Below are positions 43,401 to 51,442 of a stretch of 64,000 nucleotides of DNA, piece by piece. The DNA lies in the IMG/VR virus record IMGVR_UViG_3300042544_003937, positions 1,325 through 65,324 of that record; one strand, written 5' to 3'. The notes under the pieces were generated by a model. The model did no database searches. It was not told where the DNA came from and was given only the letters and a program-made list of their open reading frames with translations. Source of the DNA: a virus. Its lineage: Duplodnaviria; Caudoviricetes. The position numbers were made by a program, and so were the translations under genes. The first letter of the stretch is position 1. Each line of letters opens with the position of its first letter.

Positions 43401-43911
43401 AGTCTTTTAATAGATCCCTAAATTTTTCTAATTTTTTAATTAATTCATCTCTTTCAGGGAAATCTTCAGTTTTCATTTTTTTAAGTTTCTCGAGTAATTC
43501 TCCAACCAAACCCTCGTCACCACCACCAATTAGATTTGTGATTTTAATAGCAACCGTTTCATTTGAAATCACCACATTATAAATTTGGGTTAGTAGTGCT
43601 CTAAATGTGATGATAGTGGTTCTTTTTTGTAGATCGGGTGATAGTGCGGCAGATTCAACCAAACCATCCATCGCAGCTTTGAGATCAGCAAAAGGTTTGT
43701 TAATCTGTGCATATTTTGTATAAATTCCGGCTTTTCGAATTATCGAATTAATAAGTCTTCCCAAAAGAGATCCGCCAAAGGTTATGTCATTTGTTACAGA
43801 TGTTACTGATTCTTTTACTATTTTAGAATTTTTGAAATTTTTTCTAACATTTTCCTTTTCAATTTGAACTTTTTTGTTCAAAAAATCATTTCTATATTGT
43901 AAGTGACGCAT
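40498..43911 (-). CDS. Large Lys/Glu-rich protein with two CxxCxGxG motifs
   Basis: Start set at MRHLQYRNDF (43911); CLKCEGTG and CKVCNGNG. Confidence 0.7.
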   Translation of the reverse strand: MRHLQYRNDFLNKKVQIEKENVRKNFKNSKIVKESVTSVTNDITFGGSLLGRLINSIIRKAGIYTKYAQINKPFADLKAAMDGLVESAALSPDLQKRTTIITFRALLTQIYNVVISNETVAIKITNLIGGGDEGLVGELLEKLKKMKTEDFPERDELIKKLEKFRDLLKDLVKNDKIEPVEIGEKLEKDETKITEEDATRTQFEFYTSVKKLFQSIIGLEEQITNKRVIIEGEDTGKAYMLGKHKLTPGENYQYTNPGTKKTFTVKLISTEKELQSGPDGKFSKSIGVLKDGNVFVVSTTCLKCEGTGEVDIQLTKQKWRMAQSEVKKKFGENSKEYKDLVAKNDVLRGKIKDVEKRTCKVCNGNGKFDTAEEISKGIKSDGISKPFVANYKNLKWVPKETEKKPSAGGVTQPVLDSTEKQPASFWKNDFKFENHFYEMEMLPTEEKDFESFYFSLFGVSLLNEELNPVTGATKPGVGGISKNTPGFDKELTTPAVGRTNTNIINKDEKQAVAAWKKVLRVYNQKDVNLKELSAELKEIIKTSTVVPDPDKRKFKYEEFDNSKLILIGKEVVKNEATLGKPISFAELIKEKLEILTVAKHISLLARTLLGFKDDVGLASAYGLAGDHIKIFLNEYEYLKELYPDLVEYEKKSGEKVGVGKGVVKVTNKGKNENRLSDIYGYEKFRMFEELEDELEDDEEEGGGDDRVKDAWNKSFDKGDVDKYIISKKEQKEIDELGKETDASLSKEFNIDVNRNSTHKDYVMRIVNAFGRAYRLYATDYIPSGRPGGRVSLKTFREYKYIGGKDGRGGQWSGEQSTPGEGPYAIKMIFNAWQDKVTEMLEDNKYKEILQNAKFIYQGAVEGSGKTAERGDSDSTRREIKVGRSLFDFINEMINPEGGFESSRRKIMKEWFGGVDVIKDEKDKKQLNSGYDNYNFNNSLKSGGDGEEGQVSFFPIGHPNFKNSSFGKTAFDFFKKYEDCFFKIKYFENKKPLYLIGYVYQSKGDKVWIKYNKSEKGDKESIISTYLKNEKEDLKSFQENEKMKFEIGKDLFLGAIKMGDSIDIRGTAKTKIQEGKVIGSNKVGTVEDLEIDFESIQILVKNKDKTNVEKIVLGNPNLLSKDIDTLSNVLSSYADTNK

Positions 43912-43969
43912 TACTACTTGATATTTTTTCTTATATATTATTTTTATAACCTCAAAAATAAAAAAAATT

Positions 43970-44368
43970 ATGAAAAGTTTTTCTTTCAACCTACATAAGA
44001 TAGATTTGAGAATCATCAACACACTTGATAACTGCAAAAGACTGTTAAAAGACAATGATATCAGTGAAGATCTCGTCAACGCTGAAAAGCTCTTCGATCT
44101 AAAACCAACCGTTGATTTCATTTTCTTAGATAAAGAAACCTATTCGATTGTAGCATTTATCAGAAAAAGAGAAAAACAAATAGAATTTGTTAAAGAATTA
44201 TTCGATGAAATGTTTGAAACCAAAACACTAAAATATGTTAAGGTTGAACCGACAATTCAATCAGAAACTCTTAGACTAGATTCTATCTTAGAGAAGATTT
44301 CAACTAAAGGTATGAATTCATTGACTCCGAGAGAAAGAGAGTTTCTTGATTTACAATCAAAAAAATAA
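43970..44368 (+). CDS. Hypothetical protein with C-terminal LDSILEKISTKGMNSLTPREREFL (DUF6576-like) motif
   Basis: Motif recognised at the C-terminus. Confidence 0.65.
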   Translation: MKSFSFNLHKIDLRIINTLDNCKRLLKDNDISEDLVNAEKLFDLKPTVDFIFLDKETYSIVAFIRKREKQIEFVKELFDEMFETKTLKYVKVEPTIQSETLRLDSILEKISTKGMNSLTPREREFLDLQSKK

Positions 44369-44482
44369 TTTAATAAATTAATAATTTTAGAATGTCCGAA
44401 AAATTTCAAAAAAATATGGAATTGAGATTTTTTGGATTTTTGTTTTTAGAATATATAAAATTATAAAATAGAATTCTGTAAT

Positions 44483-44773
44483 ATGCGTTTTTTAGAATTA
44501 AAATGGAATGATGAAATATTTACTAATAATAGTAAAATCAATAACATTCTCGAACAGGAAAACCTAACCTGGATACAAGAAGCAGAAATCGAGAATGCAA
44601 AAATCGAAATCAAGAAGAAAACATTAATATGGCATGATGGTTATTTTTTCGGAAATTGGCATTATGGCATTTTTAAAAATGGAGAATTTCACGGAAGATT
44701 TCAAAATGGAATTCTCGAAGGTGGGAATTTTCAGGGAGAATTCATCAGTGGTGTGAACTTGATGACGGTATAA
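44483..44773 (+). CDS. Small protein with G-x-[FW] pentapeptide-like repeats
   Basis: WHDGYFFGNWHYGIFKNGEFHGRFQNGILEGGNFQGEF. Confidence 0.65.
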   Translation: MRFLELKWNDEIFTNNSKINNILEQENLTWIQEAEIENAKIEIKKKTLIWHDGYFFGNWHYGIFKNGEFHGRFQNGILEGGNFQGEFISGVNLMTV

Positions 44774-44790
44774 AAAATTACTTCAACATT

Positions 44791-45234
44791 ATGGGACCAA
44801 AACGTCAATCCAAATCCAGCATCAAGTTGCTGAATCAAGGTTTTGTTAAAATCACTAAATCGACAAATGATTATGTTTTCGAAATTGGTGAATCCATAAC
44901 AACAGATCCAGCAGAAGCAGTCGCTCTTATGATGAGAACTACTGATTTAGACGAAATGACTTGGAAAAAAGACATCAAAATCAATCCCGACAAAATTGAA
45001 CCCAGAAAAGCTCTCTATTGGTTAACTGGTGGCGACTTAGAATGGATAACTCTCGAAAATTATCGAGTGAGTTGGAACAACTCGGAATTCATCTGGGAAG
45101 AAGAATTTGGATTTATAATAAAATCCATCATACAAAAATCAAAAAATTTAGAAGACATAAGAAAAGGATTTCTAAAATATCTGAACCTACCAACACTTTA
45201 TGAATTCGCACTCGAGAAAAAATTTATACAATAA
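44791..45234 (+). CDS. Hypothetical protein
   Basis: 147-aa ORF followed by a terminator. Confidence 0.7.
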   Translation: MGPKRQSKSSIKLLNQGFVKITKSTNDYVFEIGESITTDPAEAVALMMRTTDLDEMTWKKDIKINPDKIEPRKALYWLTGGDLEWITLENYRVSWNNSEFIWEEEFGFIIKSIIQKSKNLEDIRKGFLKYLNLPTLYEFALEKKFIQ

Positions 45235-45242
45235 AAAAATTC

Positions 45243-45268
45243 AACCCACCAAAAATGGTGGGTTTTTT
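45243..45268 (+). terminator. Intrinsic terminator
   Basis: AACCCACCA-AAAA-TGGTGGGTTTTTT. Confidence 0.85.
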
Positions 45269-45305
45269 ATTTTTAATATATACTTTTAAGAAATAAATTT
45301 TAATT

Positions 45306-46163
45306 ATGTCCGAAGCACATTTCTATGATATAAGCACCTTAATTCAAATCGAACCAAGCGAAGCCTGGGTTGTTGATAAAACGAATCCAAATGTTCCAAT
45401 AATGAAAATATCAAAATCAGATATGAGATTGATGCAATCCGGAATTTGGAAAAGTCAAGGAAACAAAATTGAATTCAATGGGAAAACATTCTGGATTCCA
45501 ACCGAAATATACAACCAAATAAAAATTAAAACCAAAGTTGCAGGAGCAAACTTTGCTAATCTTGCAATATCACTACAAGAATTTTTAAATCCCGAATTGA
45601 TATCCAATAATGATTATAAATTGAGAATGGAGAATATAATGGATCTAAAAAATAAAGTAGAAGATATTTATATAATTTGTTCTAAATTAACAAAGAAATT
45701 ATGGGAACCATTTATTGAAAAACTAATAGAAAAATTAGAAGAAGAAGGTATAAAAATAAAAAACTATTATTATATCTCAGACCATCCAATTAATTGGGAA
45801 AGTGATGAAACAAAATATAAAAAGATAAGACTTCTAATACAACATTTAACTGGTTATAAAACTGATGGTCAAAAGTTTACGGATGAAAAATTAGATAGAT
45901 ATTCTAAAATTAGTTTTTTTGATACTGAACTAGATACTCTTACTTTAGAAACAAAAATAAATCCCTTTTTGAATTTTCTAATCCAAAACTCCCCTGATGG
46001 ATTCAAGTCAATTATTAAAGAAGACTTGAAGGATTTCAAACCTAAATTGACAATTAATAGAATCAATGATAATCTATATAATCGACTCGATTCGGTTAAT
46101 GTTATTTTAGAAGCGGGAAATATTATTAAAGCATTTGAAAATTTTAAATATAAAAGAAATTAA
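45306..46163 (+). CDS. Hypothetical protein (degenerate HAD-like), C-terminal IIKAFENF tag
   Basis: HFYDISTL N-terminus, ISFFD; TAATATATA at 45274-45282. Confidence 0.65.
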   Translation: MSEAHFYDISTLIQIEPSEAWVVDKTNPNVPIMKISKSDMRLMQSGIWKSQGNKIEFNGKTFWIPTEIYNQIKIKTKVAGANFANLAISLQEFLNPELISNNDYKLRMENIMDLKNKVEDIYIICSKLTKKLWEPFIEKLIEKLEEEGIKIKNYYYISDHPINWESDETKYKKIRLLIQHLTGYKTDGQKFTDEKLDRYSKISFFDTELDTLTLETKINPFLNFLIQNSPDGFKSIIKEDLKDFKPKLTINRINDNLYNRLDSVNVILEAGNIIKAFENFKYKRN

Positions 46164-46771
46164 TCTTTTTTATTTTTAAGATAATTATCGATCATATTAT
46201 TGAGATTTCTTGCGTCGAATATCTTACCTTCTTCTTTATCTTCCTCGGTAACATTCTTTTGATTCATAGTCTCTGATATTTCATTGAGACCCATATCTCT
46301 TCTAGTTTCTTTATAGAATTTTTCTAATTCTGAACGCTGTGATTGAGAAAATTTTATATTATCACGAATCTGTGAAATAGATTGATTTATTACTTCGTGC
46401 ATCCTAGCAGATGTGTCTCCATTATCAACCTGTCTTAATTGAGTTAAAAAGTTCTTTTTAGTCATTTTCTGTAAGAAGATAGTGTCAGCATAAACTTGAG
46501 CATCTTCTTCCATCTTTTTTTGAATGTAAGGATGTTGAACAATGACCGGATTGTCACCCAAATACATATCAACAAGTGTTCCTAAAACTTCTTTTCCTTG
46601 AGCTTTTGCTTCTTCTATATCAGAATCATAATCATACATAACGATTTCACCAAGATCGGGTAAGTCTTCACGTTTGGCTAAATATTTACTAACATCTAAC
46701 TCTTTGTTCTCCTCCTGAATTCTTTGAAATTCGTTTTGTAAATCATTTATCTTTTCTTCCTTTTTGCTCAT
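46160..46771 (-). CDS. Terminase small subunit (T4 gp16-like)
   Basis: Helical protein with SARMHEV (gp16 PRxxEV-like) motif, divergent from the large terminase. Confidence 0.65.
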   Translation of the reverse strand: MSKKEEKINDLQNEFQRIQEENKELDVSKYLAKREDLPDLGEIVMYDYDSDIEEAKAQGKEVLGTLVDMYLGDNPVIVQHPYIQKKMEEDAQVYADTIFLQKMTKKNFLTQLRQVDNGDTSARMHEVINQSISQIRDNIKFSQSQRSELEKFYKETRRDMGLNEISETMNQKNVTEEDKEEGKIFDARNLNNMIDNYLKNKKD

Positions 46772-46780
46772 AGAAGCCTT

Positions 46781-46803
46781 TTTTTACTATATATATGTAA
46801 AAA
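46781..46803. promoter_or_regulatory. Palindromic, probably bidirectional promoter between terS and terL
   Basis: TTTTTAC-TATATATAT-GTAAAAA in the 49-bp gap between divergent starts. Confidence 0.6.
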
Positions 46804-46820
46804 ATTCGAGTTCCCTCAGA

Positions 46821-47348
46821 ATGGCTAAGAAAGTAGTAAACGAAGAAGAAGAAAGGAAAATTGTTTTTAGTACGAAACTTGTTGAAGAAACTACCAACAA
46901 AATTAATGATGGTATAATTGTTAAAAGATACCAGAATCCCTGGTTTCAAAATGAAGTTGGTGTTAGAAGAGCAGGTCTGACATTCAGGATGACCGATGAT
47001 GAAATTCAAGAGTATATTAAATGTAAATTAGATATAAGTTATTTTGCTGAAAAATATTGTAGGATTAAGACCGAAGATGGTTCTGTTCAGAATATAAAAT
47101 TAAGAGATTATCAAAAAGATGTCCTAAATCTTTATACAAAAAACAGATTTTCAATATTATGCGCATCTAGACAAATTGGTAAGTGTTTTTCTTTTAATAC
47201 AATTGTCTCTTTGAAAATTGACGAAATAGAATTTGACGTGAGAATTGGAAAACTTTATTATGATTTGCTTTCAAAGGAAAGAAGATTGACTTTTTCCGAG
47301 AAAATGAAAATATTTTTTTATGATATTATTTATTTTTTAGATAAATAA
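46821..47348 (+). CDS. terL: Terminase large subunit N-extein fused to split intein IntN
   Basis: EYIKC..D..YFAEKYC, LRDYQ, Walker A ASRQIGK followed by intein block A CFSFNT; start set at MAKKVV (46821). Confidence 0.9.
   Translation: MAKKVVNEEEERKIVFSTKLVEETTNKINDGIIVKRYQNPWFQNEVGVRRAGLTFRMTDDEIQEYIKCKLDISYFAEKYCRIKTEDGSVQNIKLRDYQKDVLNLYTKNRFSILCASRQIGKCFSFNTIVSLKIDEIEFDVRIGKLYYDLLSKERRLTFSEKMKIFFYDIIYFLDK
47184..47345 (+). mobile_element. Split intein N-fragment (54 aa)
   Basis: CFSFNTIVSLKIDEIEFDVRIGKLYYDLLSKERRLTFSEKMKIFFYDIIYFLDK then stop; Cys1 directly follows the Walker A Lys. Confidence 0.9.
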
Positions 47349-47449
47349 AAATCCTTTTTGAATACTCAAGAAATCGAAGTTGGGTAAGTGAGCGTAGAAA
47401 AAACAAAAAGAAAATAGTTGATAGATGCTTAAATTTTTTAAAAATATAA
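47345..47449 (+). pseudogene. Possible relic of a homing endonuclease C-terminus between the intein halves
   Basis: Start-less third frame IKILFEYSRNRSWVSERRKNKKKIVDRCLNFLKI resembles the IWESE..KNK..II.KC..FL ending of Vsr/DUF559-type phage endonucleases. Confidence 0.45.
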
Positions 47450-47874
47450 TAATAAATTTTCTTTACTTTCTAATAAGATCAATAGAAAAGTATGAGTATA
47501 GAAATTTTGAATTGGATGAGAATGATATATCAAAGAAGATTTTGAATCAAATTGGTAAACTCAATGTATCTGTTAAATCTGATAGTGGATGGGTCAATGC
47601 TTCTGATATTTATTTAACTCAACCATTCAGCACTTGGAAAATTGAATTGGAAAATGGATTAATCTTAGAATGTGCTGATATACATATTGTTTTTGGTGAA
47701 AATTTCGAACAAATTTTTTGTAAAGATTTGAAAATTGGTCAGTTGATACAAACGAAATTTGGTCTTTGTTCCGTAAAAAAGATAACCGAGTTTAGTCGTA
47801 AGCAATCCATGTTTGACTTGAGTATTGAACATTCAGATCATAGATTTTATACGAATGGTATATTGAGTCATAAT
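47425..47874 (+). mobile_element. Split intein C-fragment (150 aa)
   Basis: VKSDSGW, block B LECADIH, block F MFDL, block G SHN, Thr at +1. Confidence 0.9.
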
Positions 47875-49671
47875 ACAATTAACGCCGCAATAGCAATGTT
47901 ACACTTCATTACTTTCAATAACGATAAAAACATTATGATTGTTGCGAACATTGCCGGAACTACAATTGAGATTATTGATAAAATAAAAGGTATTTATACA
48001 CAGTTGCCATTTTTCTTGAAGACTGGTATAAAGAACTGGAATCAGCGTTCAATGATTTTTGAAAATGGATGTCGTGTCAAATCAGCCGCAAGAAGTAAGA
48101 CACCAGCAATCGGTTTTACAATAGACTTTCTTTATCTTGACGAGTTTGCACACATTCCAAGTAATATCATAGAACCTTATTATACAGCAGTATTCCCAAC
48201 CGTATCAGCAATCGAAAACTCGAAAATCATAATAACTTCTACTCCAAATGGTATGAATCTTTTCTATAAATTATTAACAGATGCTGAAAGACCTGCTGGT
48301 GACCCACAAAAAAATAACTATAAAGCTATGAGAGTCTATTGGTATCAGGTTCCTGGTAGATTTGTTACTTACTTTAGGTTAAATGATCATAGAATGTGGG
48401 AATGTGGTCTTGATAAAGATGAAGTGTTTAAACAGGCTGTTGAAACATTTGGTGATAAAACGAAGGTTGAAATGAAATACATACCAGATATAACGAAATG
48501 GGTTATATACGTCTATAATAATGCAGAATGTCCTGATACTCTTGTTAAAAGTTTTCAAGTTATAAAAGATGATAAGGAAATATCGATATTTTCATTAGCT
48601 GAAGTCACGACTTGGAAAGAAGAGGCGATAAAGGACATTGGTGGAGAAGACGCTTTTAATCAGGAATATGGTTTGAGATTTGTGAATGCGACAAGATCTT
48701 TGTTAAACGAAAGTTTGATTGAGAGATTGTTAACAAATAAGAAAAATTATGTTTGGAGAGATTTGGATCAATTCAATAAGAGATTGAAATTCTCTTATAC
48801 TGGTTTACAATGGATTGATGATGAAACAGTTTTTAATCCAGCATTGAGAGAAACATATAAGGGTGTTATGTCTATTGACATATCTGAAGGATTGGGTCAG
48901 GACTACTCAGTTATTAATATTTTCAAAATAAGTCCTAAATCAGATGATATTATAGAATTAAATAAAAAGAAATATACAAATATTGCGGACTTTTTCTGTT
49001 TAGAACAAATAGCAATGTTTAGAAGTAATTTGGTTTCGGTTAAGCAGTTATCTGAATTGTTTTATGTTTTACTTTTTGAATATTTTAACTATGAGAATTT
49101 TAAAGTTGTTTTAGAGTTGAATAACTATGGAAATGAATTTTTAGCACATCTACCGAATACTTTTGAAGGGAATAATAATTATGGATCTTCAGTTTTCTTC
49201 CGTTATAAACACAGAGCAGATTCTCCAGATGAAAAAATAGGGTTGAAAGTTGGTGAAAATAAGAATATTTTTGTTAAAGAATATCAGGATGCTATGCAGA
49301 ATAATAGTTTTATTATTTCTAATGAAGAAAATGTAAAAGAGATAACTACTTTTGTTAAACATATCACATCTGCGGGAAACATTAGATATGCTTCGGATAT
49401 TGGACATGATGATACGGTCATGACATTGGTAGATGGTTCAACTGTTTTTTCTAAACCATCTTATAGAGAGATGGTGGAGTTATATGCTGAACAAAATATA
49501 CCTAGAGAAAAATTAAATTATTGGTATTCTATATTAAAAGAATTAGATTACACTGAAATTGTTGATTATTCAACAATAATCAACATCAACAAACAAAGGA
49601 GACTGAGAGAACAATTGGAAAGTTCCAGAACAAAAGTTTATGGAAATAACGGAAATTGGTTTGGAAAATAA
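47425..49671 (+). CDS. terL: Split intein IntC fused to terminase large subunit C-extein (ATPase remainder and nuclease)
   Basis: YTNGILSHN|TINAAIAMLHF; Walker B LYLDEFAHI; ITSTPNG; nuclease motifs SIDISEG.G.DYS and GHDDTVM. Confidence 0.95.
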   Translation: MLKFFKNIIINFLYFLIRSIEKYEYRNFELDENDISKKILNQIGKLNVSVKSDSGWVNASDIYLTQPFSTWKIELENGLILECADIHIVFGENFEQIFCKDLKIGQLIQTKFGLCSVKKITEFSRKQSMFDLSIEHSDHRFYTNGILSHNTINAAIAMLHFITFNNDKNIMIVANIAGTTIEIIDKIKGIYTQLPFFLKTGIKNWNQRSMIFENGCRVKSAARSKTPAIGFTIDFLYLDEFAHIPSNIIEPYYTAVFPTVSAIENSKIIITSTPNGMNLFYKLLTDAERPAGDPQKNNYKAMRVYWYQVPGRFVTYFRLNDHRMWECGLDKDEVFKQAVETFGDKTKVEMKYIPDITKWVIYVYNNAECPDTLVKSFQVIKDDKEISIFSLAEVTTWKEEAIKDIGGEDAFNQEYGLRFVNATRSLLNESLIERLLTNKKNYVWRDLDQFNKRLKFSYTGLQWIDDETVFNPALRETYKGVMSIDISEGLGQDYSVINIFKISPKSDDIIELNKKKYTNIADFFCLEQIAMFRSNLVSVKQLSELFYVLLFEYFNYENFKVVLELNNYGNEFLAHLPNTFEGNNNYGSSVFFRYKHRADSPDEKIGLKVGENKNIFVKEYQDAMQNNSFIISNEENVKEITTFVKHITSAGNIRYASDIGHDDTVMTLVDGSTVFSKPSYREMVELYAEQNIPREKLNYWYSILKELDYTEIVDYSTIININKQRRLREQLESSRTKVYGNNGNWFGK

Positions 49672-49683
49672 ATATATAGGATT

Positions 49684-50136
49684 ATGGAAATATTAACATT
49701 TAAAAAATTCAATGAGAGTTGGTGGAATGATATTAAAAATTTCTTTCGTCGAGGAGGATTATCAGAACCAAAAACAGAATATGCTAAAGAATTGAAAGAG
49801 TGTGGTTTGTCTCTACATCCTTCTTCAGATCAACAGAGTATGTCTGTAAAAAATAAAGATAGAGTAGTTGCTGAAATAACTTTAAATAATGAAGTCCGTG
49901 GAAACTATCCGGTTTGGGATTTGTTGGTTTATTTTTATGAAAGTGAGTTACCTAAGGGAGACAAAAAATATAAACTTCCACAAGGGTTTCCGGGTCAACA
50001 AGAACAACCTTATGGAAGAGCAAAGGAAAGTTTTCCGTCTAATACGGATAATGCTTTGAAGGTTTTTTTAGATTGGTGGAAAAATAACACAAAATCGGGT
50101 AGAGCTAAAGATCCAAGATACAGAGTTAGATTCTAA
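49684..50136 (+). CDS. Hypothetical protein with N-terminal MEILTFKKFNES tag
   Basis: 150-aa ORF; AATATATA a few bases upstream of the ATG. Confidence 0.7.
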   Translation: MEILTFKKFNESWWNDIKNFFRRGGLSEPKTEYAKELKECGLSLHPSSDQQSMSVKNKDRVVAEITLNNEVRGNYPVWDLLVYFYESELPKGDKKYKLPQGFPGQQEQPYGRAKESFPSNTDNALKVFLDWWKNNTKSGRAKDPRYRVRF

Positions 50137-50414
50137 GCTAATTCCATTGTGACTGTTAATCCTGCAGATTTTAGCTTATTGTATGCCTCTTGAACTTTTT
50201 CATGGCTTCCTCTTTTAACATCACATTTTCCTGTATAATGTACGATAAATGCACATTGTGAGGCTTGTTCGTGTTCGTGTTTACAATATTTCACAAGACA
50301 ATCAATAACCCATTCAAATGTATTATATGTGTCGTTATGAAGAATAAGAACGTAAGGACTTGATATTTTCTCTTCTAATTGTGAAGAGACTTCTTCTTTA
50401 TAGATTGTTGACAT
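50133..50414 (-). CDS. clpS: Clp protease adaptor ClpS
   Basis: LILHNDTYNTFEWVI..L, EQASQCAFIVHYTGKC.VK.G, L...GLTV. Confidence 0.9.
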   Translation of the reverse strand: MSTIYKEEVSSQLEEKISSPYVLILHNDTYNTFEWVIDCLVKYCKHEHEQASQCAFIVHYTGKCDVKRGSHEKVQEAYNKLKSAGLTVTMELA

Positions 50415-50416
50415 AA

Positions 50417-50947
50417 TTAAAATATTTGTTTTTTAAGGTTTACATTATATATTTTTATTTTAATTGGTTGTTTTTCTGCCCATTCGCAGAATTTATCGAG
50501 ATGTTCTTCTCTGTCATCATACATAATAAACTCATCAGAGTCTGGATTTTCTGAAATTATTTTTTCAAACAATTTAGTTTTGAAATTAAATGTTTCACCA
50601 CCAGTATTCGTGAATAGATCGTCATATCCGAAAGCTTTTTGGGTTTCTCTTTTAGAGATATTATTAAATTCTAAAACTTTTTTTACATCAGATTCTAATT
50701 TTTTTATTCTCCCGGTTGCGATAAAAACATAATTATCTTCTGAAGTTGATTTTTTAAATTCTTCAAGTACCCAAAGATTTGGCTCTGGTTTATAGATATT
50801 TAGATCCAAGGATTCGGGGTGTGACCACCAACCTTTGTGTGGATATTTGTGACCAGTGATTTCTTGCCAGACTTTTTTTCCTTCTTCTTCGAGTGGTGTC
50901 ATGATAAGTGTCCCATCGAAATCAAAACTTATTAATTTTTTTGACAT
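50417..50947 (-). CDS. HAD-family phosphatase (Swiss Army Knife RNA-repair-like HAD)
   Basis: FDFDGTL..TP, WW..PESL, ATGR, K, MYDDREEH. Confidence 0.8.
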   Translation of the reverse strand: MSKKLISFDFDGTLIMTPLEEEGKKVWQEITGHKYPHKGWWSHPESLDLNIYKPEPNLWVLEEFKKSTSEDNYVFIATGRIKKLESDVKKVLEFNNISKRETQKAFGYDDLFTNTGGETFNFKTKLFEKIISENPDSDEFIMYDDREEHLDKFCEWAEKQPIKIKIYNVNLKKQIF

Positions 50948-51025
50948 AAAAGTTTATATTTATTTTCGAGTTGTCTTTATATAATAAAATATTTCGAAAA
51001 TAAGTTCCCAAAAATCAAATTATTT

Positions 51026-51439
51026 ATGAAAATCGATATAAAAACAATAGTCATAATTTCACTCAGTTTATTAACAGTTCTTTTTGTTTATTTGTGGTGG
51101 AATGGTGGAAATGATTTCTTAGAAAAGGAAAATCGCAGATTAAACACAGAGATCAAGAAAATTCAAGAACAAAGAGATTCATTACAAACTGAAAGAAAAA
51201 TCCTTGAATCAGAATATAAAACTATACAAGAGAGAATAAGGGATAAAGAAAAATTTATTAACAGTTTAAGTCTATCTATTGAGCAGTATAGAATAAATCT
51301 AAAAAATACTCAGGAAGACTTAGATAGAGAAAGAAAGAAACTATCCGAAATAGATAAAGAAATAGAAAAACTAAAGAAATTTCCTTTTGAAAGAATAGGA
51401 GATCAATTATTCAATTCACTTAAAGACAAAATAAAATAA
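51026..51439 (+). CDS. N-terminally anchored coiled-coil protein (i-spanin-like)
   Basis: Single N-terminal transmembrane segment followed by a long coiled coil. Confidence 0.55.
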   Translation: MKIDIKTIVIISLSLLTVLFVYLWWNGGNDFLEKENRRLNTEIKKIQEQRDSLQTERKILESEYKTIQERIRDKEKFINSLSLSIEQYRINLKNTQEDLDRERKKLSEIDKEIEKLKKFPFERIGDQLFNSLKDKIK

Positions 51440-51442
51440 ACT

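Noticed and set aside
47346-47427. terL break as a sequencing frameshift, readthrough or intron
   Set aside because: The break lies inside an intein at the known atypical split position, each half has its own stop or start, and 76 nt is too short for a self-splicing intron; the GGTAAGT resemblance to a spliceosomal donor is coincidental.
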